From a plasmid, in the sequence record NZ_CP137560.1: 64,000 bases of DNA, one strand, 5' to 3'. The notes under the pieces were generated by a model. The model saw only the letters and a list, made by a program, of their open reading frames with translations. It had not been told where the DNA came from and ran no database searches. Shown in pieces: positions 47,584-58,952 of this stretch. Positions within the stretch are counted from its first letter, which is position 1. Every line of letters starts with the position of its first letter. Made by a program: the position numbers and the translations under genes.

Positions 47584-49410
47584 TTATTGGTTGAATAGAT
47601 GACAGATTTCTTGATTTATTTTTCTTACTCTATCTTCTTCCACTTTAATAATTTTACGATCATATGTCATTAAGCCATTTACCTCTCCTTCCACATCCGT
47701 GGTCTGGGTATAGACGGCAGCAGAAAAACCTGTGTGAGCCAATTTCTTAAGCTTTTCGGCATACTTCACGTACTCGTCGGTAACTTCCTTTGCATTCTTG
47801 AACTGAACATATCCCCAGTTCTTATCAGCCTGCCAAAGATGCCCTTTGATAGGTAAGCCAATGCCACCATATTCTCCTAGAACAGTAGGTCTTTCTCCAT
47901 CGGCTAGATACATCTCTGGACCTGGGTAGTTGTGAAGGTCGAGCATGTCTCCTGTATGATAGAAATTGCCACCACTGGCAGGGTTCACCAAGCGAGAAGT
48001 ATCATATTTCTTGGTCCATTCTGCTATTTCGACCGTCTTGAACTGTCCCCATGCTTCATTGAATGGAACCCATGTAACAATAGAAGGATAAGAACGCAGG
48101 CAATCCATGATCTCTTTCCATTCCTTCTTGTAGTTGGCTTCGGATTCTGCAGAACGTATTACTTCTGAGCCATTGAAATACTGGTGATTCTGCCATTGAG
48201 GTGATTTGTCTCCACTAGGCATGTCTTGCCAAACCAAGATTCCTAATTGGTCGCAATAGGTGTACCAGCGTGCTGGTTCTACCTTCACATGCTTGCGAAT
48301 CATATTGAAACCGAAGTCTTTGGCTTTTTGTATGTCATAGCGGAGTGCCTCATCCGTAGGCGCTGTATATAAACCGTCAGGCCACCATCCTTGATCCAAT
48401 GGACCAAACTGGAAATAATCCTTGTTGTTCAGCTGTAAACGAACGATGCCATTACCATCTCTATGGGTTGAGATCTTTCGCATGGCAGCATAACTCTTTA
48501 TTTTATCTTGCAATTTACCGCCACTGAATAGTTTTACCTCCACATCATATAACGAAGGAGATTCTGGCGACCATAGCTTAGGATTCTCAATGGCGATATC
48601 TATCGGCTGACCTACAGCACCTTTGGCATTGGCAACAACAGTGTTTCCGTCTTTGACTTGAATGTCAACAAGGTCTCCCCAAGTAGTTCCTTCTGTAGCA
48701 ACATGAACGGTCAACTTTTGAGAGTCAATATCTGGAGTTGATTCGATATGGGTGATATGCTTGTTGTTGACAGGCTCCATCCATACGGTTTGCCAGATAC
48801 CAGTAACAGGGGTGTACCAGATGCCATTAGGATTTGCATTTTGCTTTCCTACAGGTTGGTAACCATCCGTTGTCGGGTCCCACACTTTTACCACCAGCTT
48901 CTGATTTCCCGGCTTGAGATAATGTGTGATGTCGAAACAGAATGGAGTATATCCACCCGTATGTGAGCCGATTTTAATGTCATTCAGATAGACCTCAGTC
49001 TTCCAATCGACTGCTCCAAAATGCAGCAATACCGTCTTGCCCTTCCAAGATGATGGAACCGTAAACGTGCGCTTATACCAGAGTTCCTTGTCTTTGCCAA
49101 CTTGCTTTTGTACACCAGATAGACTTGATTCCACGGCAAAAGGGACTAAAATCTTGCCCTCAAAGGCTTGTGGCTCTTTTTGTCCGATTGGTTGGATGGC
49201 GTATTCCCAAAGTCCATTTAAGTTGGCCCAGTTGGAGCGTTCCATGATAGGGCGGGGATATTCGGGCAACACATGGTTGGGATCCAAGGTCTCAGCCCAT
49301 TTTGTCTTGATCTTGTCTCCTGCAGGTTTCCACGGAGAGTTGGGAGCTTTGGCCGTGGCGGTCAAGCTCATCAAAGCTAAAAATAGCCAGGTTAATGCGT
49401 TCTTTTTCAT
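47584..49410 (-). CDS. glycoside hydrolase family 2 (beta-galactosidase/beta-glucuronidase-like)
   Basis: FNMIRKHVKVEP (N.IR.SHYP-like), WVPFNEAW (NE acid/base), signal peptide, 608 aa. Confidence 0.75.
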   Translation of the reverse strand: MKKNALTWLFLALMSLTATAKAPNSPWKPAGDKIKTKWAETLDPNHVLPEYPRPIMERSNWANLNGLWEYAIQPIGQKEPQAFEGKILVPFAVESSLSGVQKQVGKDKELWYKRTFTVPSSWKGKTVLLHFGAVDWKTEVYLNDIKIGSHTGGYTPFCFDITHYLKPGNQKLVVKVWDPTTDGYQPVGKQNANPNGIWYTPVTGIWQTVWMEPVNNKHITHIESTPDIDSQKLTVHVATEGTTWGDLVDIQVKDGNTVVANAKGAVGQPIDIAIENPKLWSPESPSLYDVEVKLFSGGKLQDKIKSYAAMRKISTHRDGNGIVRLQLNNKDYFQFGPLDQGWWPDGLYTAPTDEALRYDIQKAKDFGFNMIRKHVKVEPARWYTYCDQLGILVWQDMPSGDKSPQWQNHQYFNGSEVIRSAESEANYKKEWKEIMDCLRSYPSIVTWVPFNEAWGQFKTVEIAEWTKKYDTSRLVNPASGGNFYHTGDMLDLHNYPGPEMYLADGERPTVLGEYGGIGLPIKGHLWQADKNWGYVQFKNAKEVTDEYVKYAEKLKKLAHTGFSAAVYTQTTDVEGEVNGLMTYDRKIIKVEEDRVRKINQEICHLFNQ

Positions 49411-49416
49411 TTGCCT

Positions 49417-50451
49417 TTACTTTTTAAAATAGGGTTTGTTACTTTCTATGGTTGTTATGTTGCCAGCCACTTGCGGCCAGTCGTTGATCCATTCCACCTT
49501 GTCCATGAAGAGTAGGCGGCCCCCGTCTGGGTCGGATCTTAAGAATCCATGATAGATCATCCAGTCTTGTTGTTTGTCATCGGTGATAAACTCAGCATTG
49601 TGTCCTGGACCTGCAACCAAGTTGCTGCCATGTAGCAGTACATCGTAAGCTCCATCAAGCATATTCTTTCCTTCTTTCGTTGTGTAAGGACCAAAGAGGT
49701 TCTTGGAACGTCCATAGATGACTTGATAGGTGCTGTTGACTCCCTCGCAGCAAGTACCTGCCGAGCCAAAGAGATAATAGTAGTCACCATGTTTATGGAT
49801 ATAGGTGGCTTCCATCTGGTTGCCTGCAACTTGCACAGGTTTGGCGCCTGGCTTGAGGGCGAGTCCATCTTCCGTTAACTCTGCACCAAAGATGCCATGG
49901 AATGAGCCCCAAAACAAGTATTTCTTTCCATGATCCTCTATATAGAAAGGATCTATGCAGTTCTGTATGCCAATGTCTTGACTGATGAACAAGGCTCCAT
50001 GGTCGATGAAAGGACCTTGAGGAGATGTGGCGGAGGCGATGCCAATACCGCAAGTCCATTCTCCTCCCCATTCTGATTTGGAGTAATAGAGCATGTAGCG
50101 TCCATTCACGACATTGATGTCTGGGGCCCAAATACCACCTTGCGGATTCCATTGTGGGCGTGAGCTATCAGTGAAAGCTGTACCTACATAGTTCCAGTTG
50201 ACCAAGTCTTTGGAGCGATAGATAGGGAGATTGCGTATATTCTCCGTGGCATACAAATAGAAATAGCCATCGTCCGCCTTCGTCACTGTTGGGTCTGGGA
50301 GCGAAGTCGAAACTATGGGATTATGGTATTTAGCAACTTTTGGCTGTTCGGGAGTTGGTGATTGCTCGATGTCATTCGACACCGAGCAATTTGTGGTAGT
50401 AAGACCGAACACAATACATAAACCTAAACAACTTATCATGTTTTTATTCAT
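49417..50451 (-). CDS. glycoside hydrolase family 43 (endo-arabinanase/arabinofuranosidase-like)
   Basis: NPIVSTSLPDPTV..DGYFYLYAT, WAPD and GPGHN blocks typical of the GH43 five-bladed propeller. Lipoprotein signal. Confidence 0.75.
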   Translation of the reverse strand: MNKNMISCLGLCIVFGLTTTNCSVSNDIEQSPTPEQPKVAKYHNPIVSTSLPDPTVTKADDGYFYLYATENIRNLPIYRSKDLVNWNYVGTAFTDSSRPQWNPQGGIWAPDINVVNGRYMLYYSKSEWGGEWTCGIGIASATSPQGPFIDHGALFISQDIGIQNCIDPFYIEDHGKKYLFWGSFHGIFGAELTEDGLALKPGAKPVQVAGNQMEATYIHKHGDYYYLFGSAGTCCEGVNSTYQVIYGRSKNLFGPYTTKEGKNMLDGAYDVLLHGSNLVAGPGHNAEFITDDKQQDWMIYHGFLRSDPDGGRLLFMDKVEWINDWPQVAGNITTIESNKPYFKK

Positions 50452-50478
50452 TATCTGTTCAGGAATCCTTGATTACAA

Positions 50479-52326
50479 TTACCAACCTGGGTTCTGGGTC
50501 AGGTTAGGATTACGCTCTATCTCTGATTGTGGGATGGCAAACACTTTGGCATGCTCACCCATATATCCGTTGGTATAGCGCTTGGTTCCCCAAATCTCAG
50601 TCATACCATTGGCACCATTCAACTGGGCAGGATCGCTGACAGTCGTACGGTTGGTACCGATCTTACGGTCCATCCAAGTATCCCAACGAATCTGTTTCCA
50701 GTAGAGCTGTCCTTCTCCGCAGAGCTCCCATCCGTATTCATTGCGAATGCGTTCTCTCAGGTCGTCTTGTCCTGACACTTGGGTCCATTCGTTGCTGTTC
50801 AACAAGGCTAGGCCTGGGATACGTTCTCTAACCCAGTTAACGTATTTGATGGCTTCTTGAGTCTGTCCTGTCTCATTCAAAGCTTCTGCCAATGACAAAA
50901 GTGCTCCTGCATAACGGAAAATAGGGGTGTCGATGTCGCTGTTCAAGGCATTCTTCATCTCTCTTCCTTCTGGTACGTACTTACGCCAGAGATAGTAGAA
51001 ACGGTCGTTGGTATCGGTACGCAAGTCGTAAGGTGCGGCATTGTCTGAGCCGATATAAGGCCAACGGAGGGTATAGTCCCAGCAGTCGGCGGTAGCACCA
51101 CCTTTATAAGTTGAGTAAGGAGTGATGAAGTTCATCAACATACGAGGATCTCTGTCCTTGTAAATCTTGAGAATTCTCTCCTCATTGCCATTCTTGTCAT
51201 ACTTGCTCATGTCTGATCCGTATGTCACCATTTGATCATAAGCAGCTTTCAACTTAGGGTCACTTGCATTAGGGTCAAGTCCATTGCGGAGGAAATATAC
51301 GGAACGTTCCTTAGGTGTCATGCTAGAGTAACCAGGAATGGCCTCGTCCATTTTGAAAGGCTTACCGTTGGCATACTCGTATGAGTCAACGAAGTATGGG
51401 TTAGGAATCAAGTTGTTCCAGCAGCCAAATCCATCAGCGGTATAAGTGACACGGTTGCCCTGTGTACGTGCCAACAAGGACCCCATGCCATCTTCCTCAG
51501 AATATTGATACTGGAAGATGTACTCATCGTTTCGCTCGTTAGCTGCCTTGAACATGTTCTTATAGTCTGGGAACAACTCAAAGCCCATGGTTGTGATAGC
51601 CTTGAAGTCGGCAACAGCTTTGTCCCATTGCTTCAGCCACATATATACTTGGCCACGCAGATAGTAGGCGCAAGCTTTCGTTACACGGCCATAGTTGGAA
51701 TCGGATGTAGAATACTTGTTAGGCAAGTTAGGCTCTTCGATGGCTTCGGTGCAGTCTTTGATGACTTGCTCCCACACTTCAGCCTCTGTGTTGCGGCCTT
51801 TGGTGTCTTGACCATATTCTACAGGCTCTGTATAGATAGGTACGCCACGCCAGAACACGTTGGCACGATAATATGCCCAAGCTCTCAAGAACTTGCATTC
51901 TGCGATGTCTCTGGCACGCTCTTCTTTCGACATGCTAGTACATTTATCGAGGTTGCAGACAACGTTGTTCGTACAATAGATTTCCTCATACAATCTCTTC
52001 CATAAGTTGGCGAAGCCCCAATAAGTGGAGTTGCAACGTCCGCGGCACCAGTCATAACCTCCCCAGTTGGCATCAAGGTCGCAAACATCGGTTGCGGCAT
52101 CGAAGTTCTGCCAGTCTGGTGTCTCATATCCATTCTCATAATAGAAACGCTCGTATGCTCCGTTTACTACAGCATTGGCCATGTTGTATGTGCTCCAAAC
52201 TAGGTCGGTACCTACACGGTCGGTTGGCTGGGTGTCTAGGAAGTCGGATGAGCAAGCTGTAAAAGCAGTTCCAGCAGCAACCATCAATAGGCCACCTAAT
52301 ATATGTTTCTTCATATTCGTTTTCAT
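50479..52326 (-). CDS. SusD/RagB-family outer-membrane lipoprotein
   Basis: Lipobox FTAC, 615 aa. Immediately downstream of SusC. Confidence 0.85.
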   Translation of the reverse strand: MKTNMKKHILGGLLMVAAGTAFTACSSDFLDTQPTDRVGTDLVWSTYNMANAVVNGAYERFYYENGYETPDWQNFDAATDVCDLDANWGGYDWCRGRCNSTYWGFANLWKRLYEEIYCTNNVVCNLDKCTSMSKEERARDIAECKFLRAWAYYRANVFWRGVPIYTEPVEYGQDTKGRNTEAEVWEQVIKDCTEAIEEPNLPNKYSTSDSNYGRVTKACAYYLRGQVYMWLKQWDKAVADFKAITTMGFELFPDYKNMFKAANERNDEYIFQYQYSEEDGMGSLLARTQGNRVTYTADGFGCWNNLIPNPYFVDSYEYANGKPFKMDEAIPGYSSMTPKERSVYFLRNGLDPNASDPKLKAAYDQMVTYGSDMSKYDKNGNEERILKIYKDRDPRMLMNFITPYSTYKGGATADCWDYTLRWPYIGSDNAAPYDLRTDTNDRFYYLWRKYVPEGREMKNALNSDIDTPIFRYAGALLSLAEALNETGQTQEAIKYVNWVRERIPGLALLNSNEWTQVSGQDDLRERIRNEYGWELCGEGQLYWKQIRWDTWMDRKIGTNRTTVSDPAQLNGANGMTEIWGTKRYTNGYMGEHAKVFAIPQSEIERNPNLTQNPGW

Positions 52327-52345
52327 ATTGCTGATATTTTATAAT

Positions 52346-55300
52346 TTAGAATGTTACGTTAAGTCCAAAAGAAATCTGGCGCATGGTTGCATAACCTTCT
52401 CCAGAACGAGTCTCTGGGTCGAGGCCAGGGAAGTCTGTGATCGTCCAGAGGTTCTCACCTGAGAAGTAGATGCGAAGGTTCTCTGCATAGATACGCTTCG
52501 AGATGTTCTTTGGAAGTGTATAACCAATGGTGAGGTTACGCAACTTGATGAAATCGCAATTATAGAGATGGAAGGTGTTGTCAAGTGCGTCACTCATACT
52601 TGGGTTCTCCAAAGACATACGTGGGTTCTTGGAGGTGAGGTTGGTACGAGGGTCGGTTGGATTCTCTGGATCGTAGAAATAGTGATCGCTGGCAATCCAC
52701 TGAGGAACAGACAAACCGAATACGACGTTGGTTGAGTTTTGACCAATCTCTCTCCAGTAAGTAGAGAAACCTGTAGCACCACCCCAGTTCATGGAGAGGT
52801 CGAAGCCATTCCATTCTGCGTGCATCTGGATACCAAAGTTGAACTTAGGAACCATAGACTTGCCGGTGAACTTCTGGTCGTAGTTGCCACCATATACCTT
52901 ATCTCCGTTGGTATCAGCATAGATATACTCACCATACCAGATGGCATTCTTGGAAACATTATGCTGAGGCTCGAAATTATAGCCAGCTGCAATCATGTCT
53001 TGCACCCATTTCAAGTCTTTCTCTGTGCGTATCATACCGTCTTTAGGACCACCGTTAGGATCGACAGCACCACTGGCATCGTAATAATTGCCTTTACCAG
53101 AATAGATAGGATATACATAGAACTCGTTCATCATGTGGCCTTCCAACAAGCGCTGATTACCTCCTGATGACACCTCACCGAGATTAGAGTAATAAGCATC
53201 TGGGTCGTTAGGGTTTGCACCCCAACCCTGAACGAGCTTTCCCTTATACTTGGTGACGCGGTTCTTGTTCCATGAGCCGTTTACTGCAACACCGTAAGTT
53301 ACTTTGCCCACCTTGTCTTCCCAACGGAGTGTAGCCTCGAAACCTTGGTTGCTTACACTGGCAAGGTTTTGCAACGGCGCTTGCTTGTCACCGAATACGA
53401 GACCGATGGTAGGACGATAGAGAATACCTGTGGTACGCTTGTCATAGTAATCAAGTACTCCCGACAGACGACCATTCAGTGTGGCGAAATCCAAACCCAA
53501 GTTGAAGGTCTTGGTCGTTTCCCATGTCACATCCATGTTAGGCAAGTTCAGTAGATAGAAACGTGGAACCTTTTTGCCACCCATGATTGTGTAACCGGTC
53601 TCATACCAAGATTGGTATGCATAGTTGTCAACTGAAGAGTTACCCAACTTACCGTATGATACTCTGAGCTTCAAGTTGTCAAATGCACTGAGGAAAGAAT
53701 TCTTGGCAAAGTTTTCCTCACTGATGCGCCATCCAGCTGATGCTGAAGGGAAGAAACCCCAGCGGTTGTCTGGAGAGAAGCGAGATGAACCATCATAGCG
53801 GGCATTGGCCTCAAAGAGGTAACGAGAATCGTAGGCATAGTTCAGACGTCCAAACCATGAACGATAAGTATATCCAGTGAAAGAACCTTTGATGTATTCT
53901 GCTGAAGTCAGGGTGTTCAGGTCGCTGATGGTTTGGTCTATCATACCCATCTTCTTGACATCTGTATTACCATTGCTATTCTTGCCTTCCTCAAAACCGA
54001 CGAGTGCACCTACGTCATGTTTTTGGGCGAAAGTGTGGTTCCAGTTGAGGGTGTTGGTCCACTTCCAGTTGTAGTAGTGGTTGTAATACATGTATCCAGC
54101 CAAAGTCTCCAATGAAGTGGCAGAGCTAACCACTTCGTTTCTGCTGAAACTGAAGCTCTCATTGCTACCCTCTGTCAGTTTATGGCGTGTATTGTAGAAA
54201 TCATATCCAAAGTTGGTCTTGAACGTAAAGTCCTTGAGGAACTTGATTTGTGCATACGCAGTGGAGTAGGCATGTGTCGTCTTCTTGTAGCTGTCGCCTT
54301 GGCCATTGAGAAATAATAATGGGTTGTGAGCGGCTCCATCTTCCATGGAAGTCTCGATGCCACCATATTTGCCATCGTAATAAGGATAAATGCCAGGTAC
54401 GGTCTTCAAGAATTCCCAGCTGCTTAATGCATCTACGTTGTTTCTATCTTTATCGGAATGAGAACCCCATACTTGAGCACCAACTTGGAGCCAGTTGGTA
54501 ACGTCTGAAATCAACTTCAAGTTGATGGAGTACCTCTTCATGCCTGAGCGTACAATCATACCAGGGTTGTCAAGATAAGTCAAGCCCAAGTTATAGCGAG
54601 TGCGTGTGTCTTTTCCTGACAAAGAGATGGAATGCTCCTGCATCACCTTGGTCTGATAGATCTCGTCATACCAATCTGTGTTTGGGTATGCCACGTAGTT
54701 AGGATAGCCCGACTCTGCCAATCCGTTTGGATTTGCCTCTGCGTCACGCCATTGCTGGATCACAGATTCTGGATATTTGCCAGCAGTGCCAATGTTCTCA
54801 CAAGCTTCGTTGACGATAGACATGTAGTCGGCATAGTTGGACATGAAACGAATGAGCTTGGAAGGTGAGTTGATGGATAAACGACCAGAATAGCTGAGGT
54901 TGATCTTACCTTCTGTTCCACTCTTGGTGGTAACCAAGATGACACCATTGGCACCTCTGTTACCATAGATGGCACAAGAGGCAGCATCTTTCAATACAGA
55001 GATACTCTCTATATCCATAGGGTTTATTTCAGAGAGGCTCATTTCCATACCATCAACCAATACCAATGGGCTGGCATCATTCATGGTTCCCACACCACGT
55101 ATGTTGACAGAGAAGTTCTCTTCGCCAGGTTTTCCTGAGCCTTGGATGATATCGAGACCGGCAGCCATACCTTGCAGAGCCTGTGCTGCGGTGGTGACTG
55201 GACGGGAGTTGGTTTCTTTGGCAAGATCTACTGATACAACAGATCCTGTAAGGTTTACTTTCTTTTGGGTGCCATAACCTACAACCACGACTTCATTCAG

Positions 55301-55648
55301 AGCATTCTGCTCTTCTTTCATGGTAACAGTTAGGTTGTTGGCAGCAGGCAACTTGACATCCGTGAATCCAATATATGAGAATTTAAGCATCGCATTGCTT
55401 TTCGTCATGTTGAGAGAGAAACTGCCATCTAGTCCTGTTACAGTTCCATTTTGTGTTCCCTCTTCCATGATGGTTACGCCGATGAGAGGCTCTCCATTGG
55501 TGTCGAGAACTTTTCCACTTGCCGTTGCTTTCTGCTGAAGAATGGCTGCAGAATGTGTAAAATACTTGTTTGGCGTCGATGCTCCTTCTGCCATTGCGGA
55601 TGCAATAGACATGAGAGCAATGCTTGTTAGTAACAAATTCTTTTTCAT
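52346..55648 (-). CDS. SusC/RagA-family TonB-dependent transporter
   Basis: 1100 aa. Start chosen at MKKNLLLTSIALMSIASAMA (55648). Carboxypeptidase-regulatory-like domain, plug, and a barrel ending in F. Confidence 0.9.
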   Translation of the reverse strand: MKKNLLLTSIALMSIASAMAEGASTPNKYFTHSAAILQQKATASGKVLDTNGEPLIGVTIMEEGTQNGTVTGLDGSFSLNMTKSNAMLKFSYIGFTDVKLPAANNLTVTMKEEQNALNEVVVVGYGTQKKVNLTGSVVSVDLAKETNSRPVTTAAQALQGMAAGLDIIQGSGKPGEENFSVNIRGVGTMNDASPLVLVDGMEMSLSEINPMDIESISVLKDAASCAIYGNRGANGVILVTTKSGTEGKINLSYSGRLSINSPSKLIRFMSNYADYMSIVNEACENIGTAGKYPESVIQQWRDAEANPNGLAESGYPNYVAYPNTDWYDEIYQTKVMQEHSISLSGKDTRTRYNLGLTYLDNPGMIVRSGMKRYSINLKLISDVTNWLQVGAQVWGSHSDKDRNNVDALSSWEFLKTVPGIYPYYDGKYGGIETSMEDGAAHNPLLFLNGQGDSYKKTTHAYSTAYAQIKFLKDFTFKTNFGYDFYNTRHKLTEGSNESFSFSRNEVVSSATSLETLAGYMYYNHYYNWKWTNTLNWNHTFAQKHDVGALVGFEEGKNSNGNTDVKKMGMIDQTISDLNTLTSAEYIKGSFTGYTYRSWFGRLNYAYDSRYLFEANARYDGSSRFSPDNRWGFFPSASAGWRISEENFAKNSFLSAFDNLKLRVSYGKLGNSSVDNYAYQSWYETGYTIMGGKKVPRFYLLNLPNMDVTWETTKTFNLGLDFATLNGRLSGVLDYYDKRTTGILYRPTIGLVFGDKQAPLQNLASVSNQGFEATLRWEDKVGKVTYGVAVNGSWNKNRVTKYKGKLVQGWGANPNDPDAYYSNLGEVSSGGNQRLLEGHMMNEFYVYPIYSGKGNYYDASGAVDPNGGPKDGMIRTEKDLKWVQDMIAAGYNFEPQHNVSKNAIWYGEYIYADTNGDKVYGGNYDQKFTGKSMVPKFNFGIQMHAEWNGFDLSMNWGGATGFSTYWREIGQNSTNVVFGLSVPQWIASDHYFYDPENPTDPRTNLTSKNPRMSLENPSMSDALDNTFHLYNCDFIKLRNLTIGYTLPKNISKRIYAENLRIYFSGENLWTITDFPGLDPETRSGEGYATMRQISFGLNVTF

Positions 55649-55728
55649 ATTCTCTTTTTGTATTAGGTTATGACTGCCTTTTGAGCAGGTCTTAAACGTT
55701 AGATAATTCATACATGATGGACTTCCTC

Positions 55729-57738
55729 TTATTTTTTGAGGAAGTTGTCAGTACGGTTTGGTGAGTACATTTCCCACAGTGATGCTACTGTCCAGCCTGG
55801 GGCGAAGTAATTGTTGTAGAATCCCTTGCCGTTCATACCGTAGTCCCAAGTTGTGTGCTGTACCACCTCTGGATAGAAGCCTGGTACGGCAATGCCACAG
55901 TTGCGCTCCTTGGTAGGCATCAATTGTGAGAGTGAGGTGAAGATGACATCGTAGATCTGCTGGAATCTTGGTTCGTTCACTTGCTTGCTCAACCATTTGA
56001 CGATGTGAGGCAGCTCAAAGACGAATACGTCGATGTGGTTGTTTTCTACAGATACGTTACCCCATCCACGGGTCTTGAGACCTAAGTCGCCGTGCATTTG
56101 ACCTTGCGCAAAAGGTACATCCCATAGATAGTACCATGATAGGGCGAAGTAGGCTGCTTTCTGGCAAAGGTCGATGTAGCGTTGACGTTCCTTACCCTTG
56201 GTCACGGAAGCCATGTAGTAGTTGGCAGTGACGGCAGATATGGCAGCTTCTTTGTCCTCGCAGTTGGCATCGAGGGTTGAGGAGAAATAGTCACTCTTTG
56301 AAATGATGTTCTTCTCCAGATAGTCGATGGTTCGGCGGGCTGCCTCAAGGTATTGCTTCTTGCCAAAGTAGCGATAGCCCATCACCAAGGCTGATGTGGC
56401 AGAAGGAGTGCTTCCACCTGAGGCGTCTATATCGGAACCGTCGTCGTGGAACTTTCTGGCAAAGTTACCGTCCTTTTTCTGTAGCTTGAGGAAACCATCC
56501 AAGATTTGCTTGATGTGATTCTCCCATTCTGCATGCTTGCGTCCTTGACTCTTCTCGTATTTCAGGTACAAAAGGATGGCATAGACGGCTTCTGATTGTT
56601 GGCGAATGGAGTGAACGGCTTTCTCATCGGTAGGGAATCCCTTATTGAAGTTCACGTCATCGTAGAAGTAGCCTGCACTGGTGAAACCATGTTGTAGGAA
56701 ACTCTCAAGAATCTCATTTCCCATGTTCACCAAGTCTTTTTCCTGATGTTGCTCTCCATATTCTATTGCGTTGAAGGCATTGAGCAATACTCTTCCGCAG
56801 AAACCAATCTGCATGGCAGGATATGGCTTGCAATCATAAGTGAGCAATGTAGTTCCTGAATGATATTTCAATGGATAACGGTCTATGTAAGAGCGTCTGA
56901 AATAGTTGCATAATCCTTTTTTCATTTCGTCTGGTCCGAAGAGCGGAGTCAGAGGTCGTGGATTGTAGATGTCAAAGCATTTCTTCCACATGTTGGTTAC
57001 GTGTTCTCCATAATTGTTGGCAGAGCCATCGATGATTCTCCAAGTGATGGTCTTGCTCTTTCCTTTTTCTAGCTTTGCGTATGTGAAGATTGGAGCGATA
57101 AGTGTTAGTTTTCGGATATAGCGCTTTGGGGTCTCTATATATGGATAACCAAAGGTAAGGGCTACGTCGTTGTGCTCGCTGTCGAAACCGAGATATCCCA
57201 AGGAGGTTTCTCCACTGAGAATGACTTCCCCGCTCGTATGGGTGGTCAGGGTCTCGCTGGAACTGTCAAGACAGCGCATGACGGCTATCGATTTTTTCTC
57301 ACTCTCATTGAAGGCACTGGTCATCGGGGATGATAGGCGGTCTTCTCTGAAATTCCAACATTTCGAAGTGTGGAAGGCTGGCGCCTCTTTAGGAGAGCGA
57401 AGATTTAGGTGATACCAGAAACCAGGCAAGTAGAACTCGCTGCCATGGGATGGCAAACCTGTGTTGAGGCTGGCTTCGAAGTTGTAGAAGGCTGTTTGTC
57501 GTGCCGTCAGCGTAACCTGGTAGATTTGGTCTTTGCCGTCATTAGTTACTTGTTGCTTGATTTCGATAGGCAAGGCAGAGCCATTTGCTGATACCAATTG
57601 TCCGGCATCCTCCTTCAGTGAATAGGTGACGGCAGGATTGCCTGGCTGCTTGATGCTAATCTTCGTCTTGACATCAAGAGCATTGGAACATAGTGTGACA
57701 ACTGTGAGTGCCACTGTAAGTAATGTTCGTCTGTACAT
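55729..57738 (-). CDS. putative six-hairpin (alpha/alpha)6 glycoside hydrolase (GH127/GH105/GH88-like; family uncertain)
   Basis: 669 aa. Signal peptide from MYRRTLLTVALTVV. Helical-repeat character. Lies inside the PUL between SusC and GH43. Confidence 0.4.
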   Translation of the reverse strand: MYRRTLLTVALTVVTLCSNALDVKTKISIKQPGNPAVTYSLKEDAGQLVSANGSALPIEIKQQVTNDGKDQIYQVTLTARQTAFYNFEASLNTGLPSHGSEFYLPGFWYHLNLRSPKEAPAFHTSKCWNFREDRLSSPMTSAFNESEKKSIAVMRCLDSSSETLTTHTSGEVILSGETSLGYLGFDSEHNDVALTFGYPYIETPKRYIRKLTLIAPIFTYAKLEKGKSKTITWRIIDGSANNYGEHVTNMWKKCFDIYNPRPLTPLFGPDEMKKGLCNYFRRSYIDRYPLKYHSGTTLLTYDCKPYPAMQIGFCGRVLLNAFNAIEYGEQHQEKDLVNMGNEILESFLQHGFTSAGYFYDDVNFNKGFPTDEKAVHSIRQQSEAVYAILLYLKYEKSQGRKHAEWENHIKQILDGFLKLQKKDGNFARKFHDDGSDIDASGGSTPSATSALVMGYRYFGKKQYLEAARRTIDYLEKNIISKSDYFSSTLDANCEDKEAAISAVTANYYMASVTKGKERQRYIDLCQKAAYFALSWYYLWDVPFAQGQMHGDLGLKTRGWGNVSVENNHIDVFVFELPHIVKWLSKQVNEPRFQQIYDVIFTSLSQLMPTKERNCGIAVPGFYPEVVQHTTWDYGMNGKGFYNNYFAPGWTVASLWEMYSPNRTDNFLKK

Positions 57739-57757
57739 AGTTGTATAATAGTTAGAG

Positions 57758-58771
57758 TTATTTCTTATATAAATAGGTAAACGTATTCTCTTCGATGGTA
57801 AAACTACCATTCTTGAAGTTCAATCCTACGAGAGCGGTCTTGCGAGGAGCTACCTCCGTGAAGCTTTGGTGCGTGTGGAATACGTACTTCCACTTGCCTG
57901 CATCATCTAGAAAAGCATCTCCATGTCCTGTTCCATAATACCCGATGTTAGTTCGTGAGATGATAGGTGCATTCTGCTTGGTCCATGGTCCGTATGGATT
58001 GTCGGCTGTGGCTATGCCCACTGCATAATCAATGTTACGAAAGTCGTTGGCGGAATAGAACATATAATAGGTGTCGCCGATATGCAAAACCGTTGGGCCT
58101 TCTGTCACTTTCCATGCCACTTGTTCGGTATCTTCCCATGGTAAGCTGGCGCTGATGCATTCCTTGGCGGTTTCTTCCTTGATGGAACTAAGGTCGTCTG
58201 TCATCTCGGCTACATAGATGCGATTGCCGTTTTGAAGTCTTACATGATAAAGATACACCTTTCCGTCGTTGTCAAACAATACGTAGGGGTCAATGGTCTT
58301 GCAAGGTGCTTGAATCATCTGCTTGTTGGGTTGACTGAATGGTCCCAATGGCGATGAGGCTGTGGCTACGGCAATTTGTTCATTGGCTGTATAGAACATA
58401 TAGTAGGTGTTGCCTCGTTTGGCTACTTGTGGTGCCCAAAAACCTGTGGTTCCGAACGAAGTGCCGCTCGTGAGGCAAAAGCCGTTTTCCTTGCCAACAG
58501 GTCCTGACCATTCCTTGAGATCCTTCGACTGATAGACATAGAAGCCTTTGTCGGATTGAGCTCCTGTGCCATATAAATAATAGGTGCCATCGGTATCTCT
58601 GAAGATGGTAGGGTCGGCTTCTGTCAAGACAGTCTTTTCCTCCTTGTTGTTATCTTTATTGTTGATCTCAGGATATTGTGGCTCGTTTGAACTACAAGAT
58701 GGTATCATGAATAGGGAGGCCATGCATGTAGAGAGTAGCCGTGCTGAAAGGATGTTTGTTCTTTTGTTCAT
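57758..58771 (-). CDS. glycoside hydrolase family 43
   Basis: ADPTIFRDTDGTYYLYGT and FWAPQV blocks. Lipoprotein signal. 337 aa. Confidence 0.7.
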   Translation of the reverse strand: MNKRTNILSARLLSTCMASLFMIPSCSSNEPQYPEINNKDNNKEEKTVLTEADPTIFRDTDGTYYLYGTGAQSDKGFYVYQSKDLKEWSGPVGKENGFCLTSGTSFGTTGFWAPQVAKRGNTYYMFYTANEQIAVATASSPLGPFSQPNKQMIQAPCKTIDPYVLFDNDGKVYLYHVRLQNGNRIYVAEMTDDLSSIKEETAKECISASLPWEDTEQVAWKVTEGPTVLHIGDTYYMFYSANDFRNIDYAVGIATADNPYGPWTKQNAPIISRTNIGYYGTGHGDAFLDDAGKWKYVFHTHQSFTEVAPRKTALVGLNFKNGSFTIEENTFTYLYKK

Positions 58772-58952
58772 AGTTATGCAATAATTAGGTTGTTAATTTC
58801 GATTGCAAAAGTACATAATATTTTAATGCCATCATGGGTAATATCGTCTTGGATATGGGTAATTCTGTCTAGTCTGGTCAAAAATACTTGTAAAAAGTGC
58901 AGGATTACCTATAAAAAAGGCTATATTTGCACTTGAAATAAAAGTAACATAG